A DNA stretch of 64,000 nucleotides from Eledone cirrhosa. Lineage: Eukaryota. A model generated the notes under the pieces. That model was not told the origin of the DNA. It ran no database searches and worked only from the letters and a program-made list of their open reading frames with translations. The position numbers and the translations under genes were made by a program. How positions within the stretch are numbered: the stretch's first letter is position 1; each line of letters starts with the position of its first letter. The stretch is from assembly GCA_964016885.1 (NCBI GenBank), contig OZ024742.1, forward strand, positions 229,958,001 to 230,022,000. Reading direction: 5' to 3'. Below are positions 14,046 to 27,465 of the stretch, piece after piece.

Positions 14046-14182
14046 CTTTTATTTTTTATTTTTATTTTATTTTTTATTTATTTATTAATTTTTTTTTCTC
14101 CTCATGCAATGGCCATACTCGATAACGAGGGGGAAGCTATCGTGTATGTATGTATGTATGTATGTATGTATGTATGTACGTA
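10297..14182 (+). mobile_element. RTE-clade (BovB-like) LINE body, degraded, ending in a (TATG)n tail
   Basis: One interrupted APE-RT ORF, then a 3' UTR ending GGGGAAGCTATCGTG-(TATG)n. Confidence 0.9.
10320..13848 (+). pseudogene. RTE ORF: APE endonuclease, RT and three C-terminal C2H2 zinc fingers
   Basis: Motifs CWNVRTL, ALSETR, SVYAPT, LGNFNARVG, WTDHRLV, NYRGISLLS, FVDLTKAFD, GVKQG, LLYADD and LLYACETW. Fingers are CSVC..H..H, CQTC..H..H and CRLC..H. Confidence 0.92.
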
Positions 14183-14214
14183 TGTTCTTCTGGTTTTATA
14201 ATTTCTCAAATTTT

Positions 14215-14730
14215 TGGAATTTACATAAGTTCAACTGGGTAGATATGTATGCATGTCTGCATGCATGTGTGTGCAGGTATGAAAGTTATTGTATGTGTGG
14301 ATGTGTATATTTTGAGTTGTATGTGTGCATGTGTATATGTTTTGTATCTGTACATGTGTATATGCAGTTATTAGATGCAGAATTTTTGGAATGTTTTACA
14401 TATTTTTACTGTTCCATTAATGGATTGTACTTGTAATTTCCTAACTAGTTGTGTTCTTTCTGTTTCTGTGAAGCCCAGCTTCTCAAGATTTGTATTGAGA
14501 AAGTTACTAACATATCCCAGTGCCCCAATAATCACAGGCATAAATCTGAAGGTGTAATCAGGGTGGCGTATCTATATCTTTCTCATCAGTTCTGCTTAAA
14601 TATTCTCCTTTTCGCTAATCTTTGATTTTATATTGGCATCTGCTGGGTAACTAACTTCCACTACTGTGCATGCCTTCTTTTCCCCTGTCCCATATCATTA
14701 TATCAGGTCTGTTATACCTGCATTTTATTG
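14215..14730 (-). mobile_element. 3' end of a restriction-like-endonuclease (RLE) non-LTR retrotransposon
   Basis: The minus strand near 14480-14570 reads PDYTFRFMPVIIGALGYVSNFLNTNLEKLGF. An upstream RPDI-like motif and VVEVSYPAD are present. It is flanked by (TATG)n. Confidence 0.7.
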
Positions 14731-15483
14731 CATATGTATGTATGTATGGATGGATGGATGGATGGATGTATGCATGTATTATGTATACTGCTTATCCATA
14801 GAGAAACAGAAAGCGGCATCAATTATATAGGATGCTCAATGCATTAAGGTGTGAGTGTACATAATTTATTTCATTTGGAAAAGTGTTTTAGAATAATAAG
14901 ATGTTATATATCATCATTAAAGTTAACTAAATTACCAATTTATTTCACTGTAATACCCATTGTAATACCCACATGTGATAAATCTTTGTCGGTCCCGTCG
15001 TTATATTTAGGAAGATTCAATTAGACACAATGCCTGAAAGGGTGGAATATGTAACTACACTTACAAGTTATATTTGCACAGCAGAATGTACAGTAACAAC
15101 ATGAAACATAGAATCTTGATCAAGGACACTGCTTGCCCCCAAAAATCGATATGACGAATTTATGATCATGAGTCAAACATTCTTATCGCAAGCCACATGG
15201 GTTAACACTGACAAACACCTCCACATACTAACGTACATACATTAAAACGCCCCCGCATGCACACGTGTACAAGTATAGCTCTTTATACAAAACGTATTTT
15301 TTTTCGATTTCAGGTAGACGCGCTCCATAATCCACTTTTCTTAAAAAATATATCATACACAAAACGCCAGCATCAACAGTTTTCCAAGAGACGGCAACAT
15401 TACAGGACCTGCTATTTTTCTCTAAAAACATTTTTTCCAATTCCACTGCGCCCGTCCCTTCAATCTTTCTAATTTCTTATTCT

Positions 15484-15520
15484 TTCTGCTGATGAAGGAC
15501 TAGCGTCCGAAACGTTAAGA
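15484..15520 (+). ncRNA. Minimal type-I hammerhead ribozyme motif (PLE-type)
   Basis: CTGATGA-A-GGAC-TAGC-GTCC-GAAAC-GTTA with palindromic stem III (AACGTT). Stem I is imperfect. A degenerate copy lies on the minus strand at about 34175-34210. Confidence 0.6.
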
Positions 15521-15601
15521 CCCTCTTCCTGCTATTTCAAGCGTTAACCTAATATATTCCTTCCATATACTGTACCGATTATCTTGTTACTTCTGTTTAC
15601 C

Positions 15602-15677
<76 letters not shown>

Positions 15678-15826
15678 ATGTATATATATTAGAAATAGAA
15701 GATTTCGCCGCATTTTCTTTACTAAAGAAATTTTAGACTGATAGTGGGGCTTAGTACCCTCTAAGTGATGGGAAAAGGTGAGTATTGACATCAATACTCA
15801 TCATTTTCCATTATTTATAGGGTTCT

Positions 15827-15967
15827 AGCATAGTTACGTCCCTTTAAGGTCTGAGTTCAAATCCCGTCGAGGTTAACCTTCCCTTTCATCCTTACGGGGT
15901 CGATAAAATAAAGTACCAGGAATGTACTGGATAACTGCTGGCCTTGTGCCAAAAGTAGAAACAATTA
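15827..15967 (+). mobile_element. SINE family A, 5' truncated
   Basis: GAGTTCAAATCCCG...CCTTTCATCCTTACGGGGTCGATAAAATAAAGTACCAG. Confidence 0.75.
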
Positions 15968-16102
15968 TTTAGAGGGTTCTAAATCCAACTATCAGGCTAA
16001 CAGTTGTTTAGATTGATATATATATATATATATACACAAATTAAAATTTTTTATTTGTATATCACATTTGCAACAACCCAGCAGGCCATTTTTCATTTAT
16101 AT

Positions 16103-16845
16103 ATATAAATACATTATCGGAGAAAGTTAATAGCGATACTCCGGCCAAATCCCAACTCACTCAACAAACATTAGGAAATACCTGAGTATATTCCTAATTA
16201 AACGTTCGGGGTGATAACTAATTGTATTGTGTGGAAAATTGGCTGTATTATTTCATATGAGATATATCAAATATATCTCTTCCCAGACGGACGTCTCGTT
16301 TCATTATAAGATTCCTACAAGTTGGGTGGAATTATACCAATTTATGTAGAAGCTTGTATAAGATCAACAGATACTTATTCAAGTGGGCTCTTATAATTCT
16401 TCAGTGGGTGCCCAATAATATTAATATTGCTAATCAAATCAACATCAATATTTAGCGATAATCACCATTAGTGCTTGAGGTAGTTGCTAGGTTGCTAGCC
16501 CAGCAGTTCTAAAGAAATTCTCATACTGTCTCAAAAAAAGAGGAAGGAGATTACCGCCAAAAAACAATACATGCGCAGGACAATGAATTCTAAAAGGAAT
16601 TCAAGCCACGTGCTAGAACTCAATTGGAATTTGAAAAAATATCCATATGTGAACATCGTTTGATGGCACACACATATTTTCTCGGGCACAATAACAGAAA
16701 GAGATACAAGAAACAATCAATATCCATATATAAAAATAAACAAAGAGAGTCAAACCTTATATCGGGAAGTTCATATCCGTTGCACCAAGAGTAAATATAT
16801 AAATACATTATCGGAGAAAGCTAATAGCGATACTCTGGCCAAATA
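16103..16845. mobile_element. TA-flanked element with about 48-bp terminal direct repeats (PLE pseudo-LTR-like)
   Basis: ATATAAATACATTATCGGAGAAAG[T/C]TAATAGCGATACTC[C/T]GGCCAAAT at about 16103 and 16798. Confidence 0.5.
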
Positions 16846-16898
16846 TATATATATAAAGAAAACGAAAAATCAGTGATGCATCTGGACTTAGTTTATTG

Positions 16899-16989
16899 CG
16901 TGTTACAAATGTTTCGCCGGCATGTAGCTCGAGACATAGTCCTTGTATGGATCTGGCTGATTCTACTTCTGCGGGTTCTTTCAGACACG
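16899..16989 (-). ncRNA. Degenerate hammerhead motif with long stem-II insertion
   Basis: Minus strand CGTGT-CTGAAAGA-...-TGCCGGC-GAAAC-ATTT-GTA-ACACG, then AATAAA. Stem I CGTGT/ACACG is perfect. Confidence 0.5.
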
Positions 16990-17037
16990 GGTGTTTCGTC
17001 TGGAGCAAATTTTATCACACCATAGCTACCATTATAC

Positions 17038-17065
<28 letters not shown>

Positions 17066-17073
<8 letters not shown>

Positions 17074-17287
17074 TAAAATAACAGATTAAAGTTTAAGCAA
17101 AGAATCGGTGCTTTCACCCTTAAACAGAGTTTCAGAAGATCCCGTTAAGAGTGAAAGCAGCGATTCTTTGCTTAAACTTTAATCTGTTATTTTAATAAAT
17201 ATTTAATCTACTGTTCTTATATATTTGATATATATTTATCCTTATCGAGCCCTCTTTGGATTTTAGTCTTCAATTTATTATTATTAC

Positions 17288-17290
<3 letters not shown>
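17066..17290 (+). mobile_element. PLE terminal fragment with fold-back end and CAGAAGA-type hammerhead (17128-17178)
   Basis: Arms 17066-17123 and 17145-17202 are inverted repeats. The same sequence forms the 3' end of the PLE at 31052-31125 and occurs at 50911-51066. Confidence 0.75.
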
Positions 17291-17379
<89 letters not shown>

Positions 17380-17794
17380 TAAGGTGGACTACCGATGTGT
17401 AACGGCAAGTGCTCACCGTTAAAAGAGATTATCTATACGTGGGTAGAGTTTCGGCATCGTTATTTTATATAGAAATAACTTTTACAGGAATAGGACTGTT
17501 TCATTCGTATGAAATCATCAACATCATATATGTTTCTCTTCTTTCATTCTCTTCCGTTTTATTTCCCCCTCTTTGCTATTGCCTCCTTTTAATCTTTTCT
17601 TTCCCTAATAACTTTGTAAGTTATCAATCGCATTGTGGATAGATGTATTTTCTTTGATACATCGCAACATCCGAATCCGCAGCTAACAACTGAAGAGGGG
17701 AAATGTTTATCTCTATGTTAGTGTTTCCTTTATTCTCTACAGTCCTTGTTAATAGCCTCACAACCTTGTCCCTTACAATTCATAGATCCACACA

Positions 17795-17942
<148 letters not shown>

Positions 17943-18275
17943 ATATCAAACATCAAATGAATATTCTTCAAGTTTATGTCACAATATTTCTCATATTTAA
18001 GTGAAAACAAGTTGGAGAAATCCTTGAATTACTTAAAAGAGTGGAGGTAGCCTTGTTTGACACAAGATGGGTCGAGATGACAACACAGTTGTCTCCAGGC
18101 AATTAACCAGAAAAATGGTATGGTGTCTAATAAAATGGCCGCCGTTAATAGTTGAAAAGCTTTTAGGAAACATAAGGGAAATTAGATATAATCTTAAATC
18201 AATTACTTTTTCACACGTAAAATAACGTACACACACACTGCTATGAACAGTCCCATAAACATAATTCTACGATGA

Positions 18276-18332
<57 letters not shown>

Positions 18333-18477
18333 ACTACACACACACACACACACACACACAGACATATATATATATATGGGTGCGTGTGTGTGTGAATAAT
18401 TTGTAATCTTTATATATACGTATACGTATATATGTATATGTATATATTCATGCATAGATATGCATATATATGCATAT

Positions 18478-18555
<78 letters not shown>

Positions 18556-18912
18556 AAATTCTAAAGATTTAGTGCCCGACGGCTGAGCTCTTGATGTTTC
18601 GACGGCGAATATATATAGATATACAGAGAATGAGAGAGCGGTAGAGACAGAAGGAGAGGAGTAAGAGAGCACGGGGGAGATATACAAAATGTTAGATTGA
18701 AATGATAAGCAAATAAGAATTAGTAAGCTAGAAAGTAAAGAAAAAGTTCAATCCCAAAAATGTTTGTTATAAACATTATAAAATAAAGAGCCTTGACGTG
18801 TTAAGGTAAATTGAAAATGTTTCGAAGTTAACTTCAGGCTAAACTTTTCAATAACTATATTAGCAACAACAATAAAGGATGTAATAATGAGATTATTATT
18901 ATTATTGGGCAG

Positions 18913-19039
18913 TGGATTGTCAGTATCGGTAGAGCATCGGACAACTTGCTTCGCAGCATAGAGTTACGAGCCTTTAGGTTCTGAGCTCAAGTCGCACCGA
19001 GGTTAGCTATGCCTTTCATCCTTTCGGGGTCGATAAAAT
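18913..19039 (+). mobile_element. SINE family A, 3' truncated
   Basis: GTGGATTGTCAGTATCGGTAGAG...GCCTTTCATCCTTTCGGGGTCGATAAAAT. Confidence 0.7.
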
Positions 19040-20198
19040 GGGTCGTACGACTTCGTTCTTTGACCTGTGAACGGGCGACTTTACAATATTTGGTCCTTTT
19101 GGTCCAAATATTTGAATTTTTTTATTTTTTTTATTTTATCGAAAATATCATGGCGGCCCCACGCCCCACAATTTTGAGTCTGCTGTCGTATGAAAACGGA
19201 TCAAACGTTGTGGCTAATAACGCTGTTCCTCCCACAACGAATATGAACACCGACAAAGCATTAGGCAGTATCACCAAGAGCTCCACCAACAACAAGTACT
19301 ACACCAACAATAGTGAGACCAATATTATAAACAAAAATGACAATACCAACAACAGCAGCAACAACGAAAACCAGCAAATCAACAAGACTAACACAACAGC
19401 AGCAGCAACAACAACAACACCAACAACAACAAAGTTGCTGTCGTAGCACCTAAGAAAGGTCCATACTAAAAAAGATGTTGGCCCAGGCATGGAAGCTCAT
19501 CAATGAGAAGCAGACCTGAGCGAACTTCACTGTCCCGACAGCTACCATAGCCGCGGTGGAGAGCAGAACTCTGGTCTTTAGATGCATCTCATCTGCGACA
19601 AAAAAGCTACCATCACTCCCCAAGCAGACGACGAGGCTGCACAGAGGTGCATCAGCGAGGGACAGACTACTGTAACATCTCGGTGCTGTTTAAGTCAGAA
19701 GCTCGACGCCTTATTTTGGCCAGGCAGGGCAGGCAATTTTCCTCTGACTGGTGGCAGCAGGTTGAAAGGACTGAAGACAGACACTTTTCTCTTCGGCCAA
19801 ACCCTCATCAACTTTTTCAAGTTTTACTTGGAAAGAAAGGTGAGGATGGAGAGAGAAATGCTGCCCTCCAGTACATTTGCTGAAAGGAGGGTGAATGTGG
19901 CGAGAATAGCCCGTATGAGTAGGCCTACTCTGATCATGCACCTGTAGGTGGGTGAAATTGAAAAAGGACAGGGGTGCCCTTCCCGGGTGCTCTCGAAGTG
20001 TCGGGCATTTCTGGATTGGTGAGGTACCTGAGTGAACCCTGAGTGGTCATCCCTCCCATTGGGGAATTTTTCTTGTATTTTCTTGTTACTTTGTTATTAT
20101 TATTTATATTGTTTACACGTTGTATATGTAAACCCCCAGTGTCCCAGTATTTTGTATTGTCCCTATATATCGGACCTTGTGGCCAATAAATAAAATCA

Positions 20199-20230
<32 letters not shown>
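19040..20230 (+). mobile_element. Internally deleted, non-autonomous relative of the Tx1 element
   Basis: 19440-19650 matches the Tx1 ORF1 region (AWKLINEKQT/NFTVP). 19730-20195 matches the ORF2 end RLKGLKTDTFLFGQ and the 3' UTR, ending AATAAA then (ATT)n. Confidence 0.8.
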
Positions 20231-20234
20231 GTTG

Positions 20235-20578
20235 TTACTCTTTGAGTCTCAGTCATTGATGTTAGTTAACTGGAAAGTTTGTTGAAATGAATATCAAGCC
20301 ACTACCTGCAGCCTCAGATATTCAGGACGTATCGGAGGGTTCTTGCTGTTCCCAGCAAGCATGCCTTTTGAAGCGTTCCAAAAAGCGTGAAGGGGCCAAT
20401 TTTCTTTAACCATCCCTGGAAACTTTTTGAGATAGTCCCTAGTGCGCCTATGACAATCGGGATCACTTTGACTTCATGGCAGTTCCAAATCCGTTTTACC
20501 TCCCACTTTAAGTCCTGGTATCGGTTAATTTTCTCCCTCTCCTTCTCTTGCACTCTCGTGACGAATGGGCAGGCCACA
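20235..20578 (-). mobile_element. 3' fragment of an R4/Dong-like RLE retrotransposon in a (TAA)n tract
   Basis: ORF 20314-20577 contains CPF...EKINRYQDLKWEVKRIW...VIPIVIGALG...LQKACLLGTARTLRYVL. (TTA)n lies on both sides. Confidence 0.85.
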
Positions 20579-20603
20579 TTATTATTATTATTATTATTAT
20601 TAT

Positions 20604-20642
<39 letters not shown>

Positions 20643-20820
20643 CAGTAGTACTAGTAATGGAAGAAGCAATAACAGCAGCAGCAACAACAATAGTAGTGGT
20701 AGTAGTAAAAAGAAGGGGACGGGAAAAAAAGATAAATTACAAGAATATCAATAACAATAACCACAAGAGCAACTCCGTTATGTTCACAATAAATACAACA
20801 CAATATAATATATTATATAT

Positions 20821-20983
<163 letters not shown>

Positions 20984-21767
20984 AGTTGATTTACTTATCT
21001 TCATTCGTGAAGTTTTGCTGATATAAATTTTCCTTCAGGCTATTTTATGTATGATGCAACAAGTGTTACTTGATATGATGGAGTAAGGTTCTTGACACTA
21101 TTCCCAACATGGATGTTATTGCTATAAATACTAACAGAATTGAAGGGTTAATGTGAATGAAAACCTTTTAAAAGTATGATGTCTAATATTTAGTTGACTT
21201 GAAAAATAATAGATGAGATGATATAATATGCCCTTCATATTATCGATAGAGCGTCAGACAACATGCTTTGTGGCAGAGTTACGGTTCTTTATGTTCTGAA
21301 TTCGAATCACACCGAGGACAACTTTTCCTTCCAAACTTTCGTAGTCGACTCAAGTACTGGGGTTCGATATAATCAACTTTCCCCCTCCCCCAAATTACTG
21401 GCTCTGTGGCAAATGTAGAAATAATAATACACCCCTCATACGATAGAACATATTCGTGGGACAAACTAGGTTAAATGTGTAAAATACCATAAAATAAGTA
21501 TTTCATATCTCGGGCTTTCGGCATAAGACTGTTGATTATGAATAATATATAAAATCTAATCATATGTTATGCCCTCGCTCCGAAACTGAGGTATGTATTG
21601 TTTTCTGGTTTTAAACCTGCTTTGTGGCATGCAGTTACGTCCCTTGCCCTTCTAAGTTCAAATGCTGTCTGGTTAGCTTTGCCTTTCATCCGTACAGCGT
21701 CGATAAAATAAAGAAATAATAACGAACTGGGGTCAATTTAAAAGTGTTAGCCTGAATCAGAACCCAT

Positions 21768-21953
21768 TGGATTGGCAGTATCGGTTGAGGGTCGGACGCC
21801 ATGCTTTGCAACATAGAGTTACAGCCCTTTACGGTCTGAGTTCAAATCCCACCGAGGTTAACTTTGCCGTTCATCCTTACGGGGTCGATAAAATAAAGTA
21901 CCAGTAATGCACTTGGATAATTGCTGGCCTTGTGCAAAAAGTAGGGACAATTA
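21768..21953 (+). mobile_element. SINE family A, full length
   Basis: A-box TGGCAGTATCGG, B-box GAGTTCAAATCC and the Nin/Deu-like core. Confidence 0.85.
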
Positions 21954-22739
21954 TTTTATGAATGTTCACCAAAAGCGAGAAAGGCGGTGTCTAACATTGA
22001 AACAAAACTCTTTCATTGGAGTTAAGACAACATCAACTAGGTAAATATATATATCTGTTGTGTTTGTTTGTACGTGTGTGCAGTTATCGATGTTATTCCA
22101 CGTGTGTATCTGTGCATTTTTAGTTATATGTGTAAAGGTGCAGATTTTAGCCTGTATATTTGTGTATATGCAGTTATTACATGCAGAATTTCTGAAACGT
22201 TTTACATATATTTTCAGTTTAATTAATGGACTGTACGTGCAACATATGTATGTATGTATCTATGTATGTATATGTGTGTATGTATGTATGTATACATGTA
22301 TGTATGTATTGTCCCTTTGTCTTAATTTTGAGTTAATGTTTGACCGGCCACCTCCCCGGTGGCAAGATTGTAAAAAAAAAAAAAAGGAATTTTTTGTCGT
22401 ACCATGTATAAGTCCTTTGAATAGTAAGAATGCTTTACAGATTTTGAAGGTTCCAGATATCGCCCCTCTATTTCTATCTTATGGAATAAGGAGCTATGTT
22501 CCATCTCACCAAATCCAAATTCAGTTATACTGTAGTCGAGTTGGGTTGTAGCTCCTATGAATTTGAATGTGTATCTTGGATACTACATCTACTAACTCAT
22601 GACAAACGGTCTAAGTGTATCAACCTTCTCTTGCATTTTTCATGCCACATTGTAAGTATGTATGCAAGTATGTATGTATTAATGTATGTGTGTATGTATG
22701 TTTGATTTCAAAACCGGAGTCAGTCTACGTGAATATTGG

Positions 22740-23150
22740 TCATTTTGCTTAGGGTTGTCACAAGATGATAATGACTGGCACTCGTGTTGTACAAGCATGT
22801 ATCACTATACTCAAAGGATTTACACAGGTCTATTTTATTACCCAGCTCTCTTTTAAGATCTTCTCATTTGTCATTCTATCTTTCCAGGCAATGCAGAATA
22901 TAACTCTAAATTCTTGGCAATATAAATATATTGGGCCTATTGCTATAGCTTTTAGGGTGTCACACGATGTTTCACCAATGAAATACTGCCAATCTGGAGT
23001 TTCGACACCTTGGGAGATGTAGCACAGGCACAAACACTAATGGTTCCCCAGTTACCTGTGCTGATGTGTCCATGTTTCGATGATGGAGTTGAGTCATCGA
23101 AATATGCATAACGATTTTATGGAATTAATGATTGTAAAGCATATTTTCCT
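22740..23150 (-). mobile_element. Degraded RTE-like LINE fragment
   Basis: Minus-strand peptide GETS...IFCIAWKDRMTNEKIL resembles the RTE post-RT region. Confidence 0.45.
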
Positions 23151-23172
23151 GTCCAACCTTCTGTTATCGTTT

Positions 23173-23226
<54 letters not shown>

Positions 23227-23227
<1 letters not shown>

Positions 23228-23707
23228 GAGGGAGTTCAAAACATTCGTGGAAAAAATACATAACTAAAGGTCATATGCACCTGTACGTACTAACGTGTCA
23301 AAACATTTTCTAACACGAACCCTTAAATGCATGTTGTAACCTGGCACCGCCAGTTGGAAGTTACCACCCGCTTCATCAAAACATCAAATTCATGGTGAAT
23401 GAAGCAAGTTTATGGGGAAAATGCCCCAACAAAATCAATAACCTACAATTGGATAAGTCGTTTCAGAAGTGGAAGAGATGAGGCTGAAGGTGATCCCCAG
23501 TTGAAGATGTAAAAAGAAAGTGCTTTGACATGGTATAAATCGCATGGACCTCAGTTTCACAGGGATGGACTTCAAGGCTGGTATCAACGCTTTCAGAACT
23601 GCATTGGCCTAGATGGAGCATATGTTGAAAAATAAAGATCATAACTTAAACTGTTTTTCCCAACTGTCCCTTTTCCAAGAACATTTTGAACATTTTGAAG
23701 CCCTCTC
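23227..23707 (+). mobile_element. Internally deleted mariner transposon in a (TA)n tract
   Basis: TIR-like ends CGAGGGAGTTCAAAA / TTTTGAAGCCCTC. Transposase remnants are VYGENAPTKSITYNWISRFRSGRDEAEGDP (HTH) and GWYQRFQNCIGLDGAYVEK* (C-terminus). Confidence 0.85.
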
Positions 23708-23806
<99 letters not shown>

Positions 23807-24015
23807 AAACTTGAGAAGACAGAAGAATACTGCGTGGTTGCACATGGGTTACATATCATAAAAATAGTCCTTCGTCAGTGATTTTCCAACCATCATTGAT
23901 ATTTCATCGCATTAAAAATCATATACCTCAGGTTGGTGCGAGCAATAACCAAAAAAAGATATTGGGACAAGTAAATCGCGTAAACATAGAAGGATGAAAG
24001 CAACGCAAAGATGGG

Positions 24016-24160
<145 letters not shown>

Positions 24161-25060
24161 TGCGTGTGTGTGTGTGTTTATATATATATATCGGTCATAG
24201 ATCGTGGATAAATCACAGAGGCAGAGATATTGGCATTTTTTAATAATTATTAAGAATTCTAAGACGATAGAGCAAATACTTTTAGCCTATGATGTCTAAA
24301 TGTTTGTGCATGGGATTACTTCATAAGGTGTCTGGAATTATTGCTGCATCTTTTTATACCTATGAGGGTATGTTGTGAGCTTATAATTACATTTTATTTA
24401 GTGTATGGGTGTGTATCTCTACGTATATTTATGTGTACGCAACGAAGACAACCACAGGATTAACCTTAGCTCGTACTGGTGTACAGTTTTCGCAGCATAG
24501 TGGACTGTAATTACGTAAATTGAAGTATCGTTTTTATCACAAACAGAACATGTCTGTCAGGGTATCGAACTTGCCACCTTACGATCGTCAAGCCAAACCT
24601 CTAACGACCAAACTGTGATGCAAGTCTTCGAGCAATTTGAAAAAGAAATCGGTCTAAAAAAATTGTCCAATGCAGTTGAAAATATCGATTAAACGTCATG
24701 CTGATCATTGACTAAAAGCATGTAAGACTCTAAAATGCAATGAACAGAAATTATATATTTGCGGAGGCAGGCTTTGTTTAATATATCTTCCGTGATTCTC
24801 TTTCAGGCAATATCATATTTAATATTCATAGCTGTCACTATATCTCTTACAATTCAATGATGTGAACTTATAAGATATATCTAACACAGTGGTATGTTGG
24901 CGAAGGCACAGACACAGAATTATTCACAGGAAATAGTCAATTAGAATCTTGCGCATTCGATATAAATTTACACAAGGGCGGATGTTGTTAATACTACTTT
25001 AAGGAATATTTGGAAACTTAATCGCATAAAAACTTGATATGTGACACATATAGCTATCTA

Positions 25061-25156
<96 letters not shown>

Positions 25157-25380
25157 GTATGTATATCATGGATGGCTATATATATATATTTATATATAGT
25201 ATTACTCACAGTTGTATCAATAAATATATATATATATATATTAAAGAGTTAAACAAGATCCAATAAGTACATCAAAGAATGAGTTTTACAGTAGATTGGA
25301 AGCACTCTACAGTTATATTTACCAGAATTATTAATATTAATTCGAATATTCACAAAATAGATATTCTTGTGATCAATTAA

Positions 25381-25445
25381 ATTTTATTATACATATTTCA
25401 GAGGTACTGAATCAAGTTCAACAGTACGTCCTCATCAGATAAAAT
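25381..25445 (-). ncRNA. Type-I hammerhead ribozyme motif
   Basis: Minus strand ATTTTAT-CTGATGA-GGACGTACTG-loop-CAGTACCTCT-GAAA-TATGTA-TA-ATAAAAT, with a perfect 7-bp stem I. Confidence 0.7.
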
Positions 25446-26082
25446 AAAATGATACATGACATACCCTGACATGATAGATGGTAAACATTTAATCAATGTA
25501 GTGATTAACTTATGAGAAAACTCAATATGTATCCCCTAATATTGAGAACATGAGAAAACGTTAAAGAATCAATAGAGAGAGTGTGAGTAATATATTTTAA
25601 GAAAATACATTGCCTCAATGCAACAGTTATAGAATTTTTATATTTAAAATACTACTATAGAACTATACGGTAGAGGAAAGTATAGAGGAAGACGTAGCTG
25701 AAGTTATAACTTATTTAGTATTTAGCTTGAGAAAACAAATGACATAATTAAAGGGGAGTAATTTATGTTCAAATTTCTTTATACACACATAATCATATAT
25801 AGTTTTGGCGGTTAATTTTCAAAATATTTAATTAATGTTATTTCAGGGTAAAGAATCCAAATTTTAGGTTTTAAAAGTTGATGGGTATTTGTATTAATAT
25901 TATAATATAATTATGTTAAATTTCTAAAATTCAAAATTTTATGAAGACAAATTTAAAGGATTTACGAAGCCCGCGAAAGAAAGAACATATAATATAATGT
26001 TCAATATTCCCACAAAGGTAATCTTTATCAAAATTACTTGTAACACTGACAACATTTTCTATAATATAATTTATGAGATATT

Positions 26083-26159
<77 letters not shown>

Positions 26160-26169
26160 CATAGATGGC

Positions 26170-26213
<44 letters not shown>

Positions 26214-26227
26214 GTATTACTCACAGT

Positions 26228-26282
<55 letters not shown>

Positions 26283-26514
26283 TTATTGATATATATATAT
26301 ATTGAGTCATCAAGTATGAAATTTGTAGAAATTTGTAGAAAAGAAACGAATTTCTACAAATTTCATACTTCACAACTCAATATATATACTTATATATACT
26401 CATATTTTTACTGGTTTCAGTCATTAGATTACAGTTGTTTAATCCACTGCCTTCATTTTGTCATTTATATCGACTTCTGTGCTTATGTTTCCTAGTCTCG
26501 TATAGATGTTATCG

Positions 26515-26735
26515 ATCCTCTTTTATCGAACCGCTAGCAACGTACTATTAAATCAGGCATAGATCTAATCAGTAAAACGGCCGGACACATGCAAACACAT
26601 ATGGTATGCAGTTTCTGCCTCGCAAACTCTTTTCGCAAAGCATAGCATAACATATTTATCGAAGGTGCCGCGGAGCAGGAGAGATACCCCAATGCACTTG
26701 TTTACAAAGTGAATTTCTTAATCACAGAGCCATGT
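26515..26735 (-). mobile_element. tRNA-derived SINE family B
   Basis: Minus-strand head CATGGCTCTGTGATTAAG and GGCAGAAACTG motif, similar to 38415-38570. Confidence 0.5.
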
Positions 26736-27256
26736 GTGCGCCAATAACCCCACGGAGCCATACACACATACACCCAAACCCACACGCACTCATTCTCCAT
26801 GTTTATATACATATATATATACGAGGTGTGTCAGAAAAGTTCCAGGACTGATGCCACAAAAGATTTATTTCAAACCCAAACTTCACACTAAGAGTTTTCT
26901 CCTTCAAAGTAATCCGCCTGGAGTATGTAACTGTAATCTTAGCTCTCTGAAGCGATCAAACTTTTTTCTTCATAATTTTATATACATGTCCTCTGTTTCA
27001 GGTCGTCAAGCAATTAGTACAGAGCAACGAACAAATATATATATATTATAAAAATTATAAAAAATAAACAAAGAATTTTTTTATTATTTTTTATTATTTT
27101 TTATAATTTTTCGGCTCTGTTGGATAACATTGAGCTATATCCTATACTGTCATTTCTCTAATACGACGAGTGTGTTTAACTCCAATGCACTCTAGTATTT
27201 TAATCTTATATATATATACATATATATTCGTTTGACTGCCTATCTGTCTTTGATAT

Positions 27257-27329
<73 letters not shown>

Positions 27330-27414
27330 TACGTTATTCCGGGTTGAATCGGAGGTAACCACAGTAAGTAAGGTACTCAATACATTGCAGAGTATAACAT
27401 TTTTAATATAGATG

Positions 27415-27465
27415 AGATTCTACAGGACTAGAACTGTTTCATTCTTTAGAAATCATCAGGAATCT
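27415..27465 (-). ncRNA. Type-I hammerhead ribozyme (family with 40584 and 56874)
   Basis: Reverse complement of 40584-40634, inside a roughly 140-bp TA-flanked insert (27327-27470). Confidence 0.75.

Noticed and set aside
17690-17780. CTGAAGAGGGG as another hammerhead
   Set aside because: No matching GAAA or stem III was found downstream.
21768-21860. SINE heads as genuine tRNA genes
   Set aside because: They have A and B boxes but no complete cloverleaf, and they continue into SINE body sequence.
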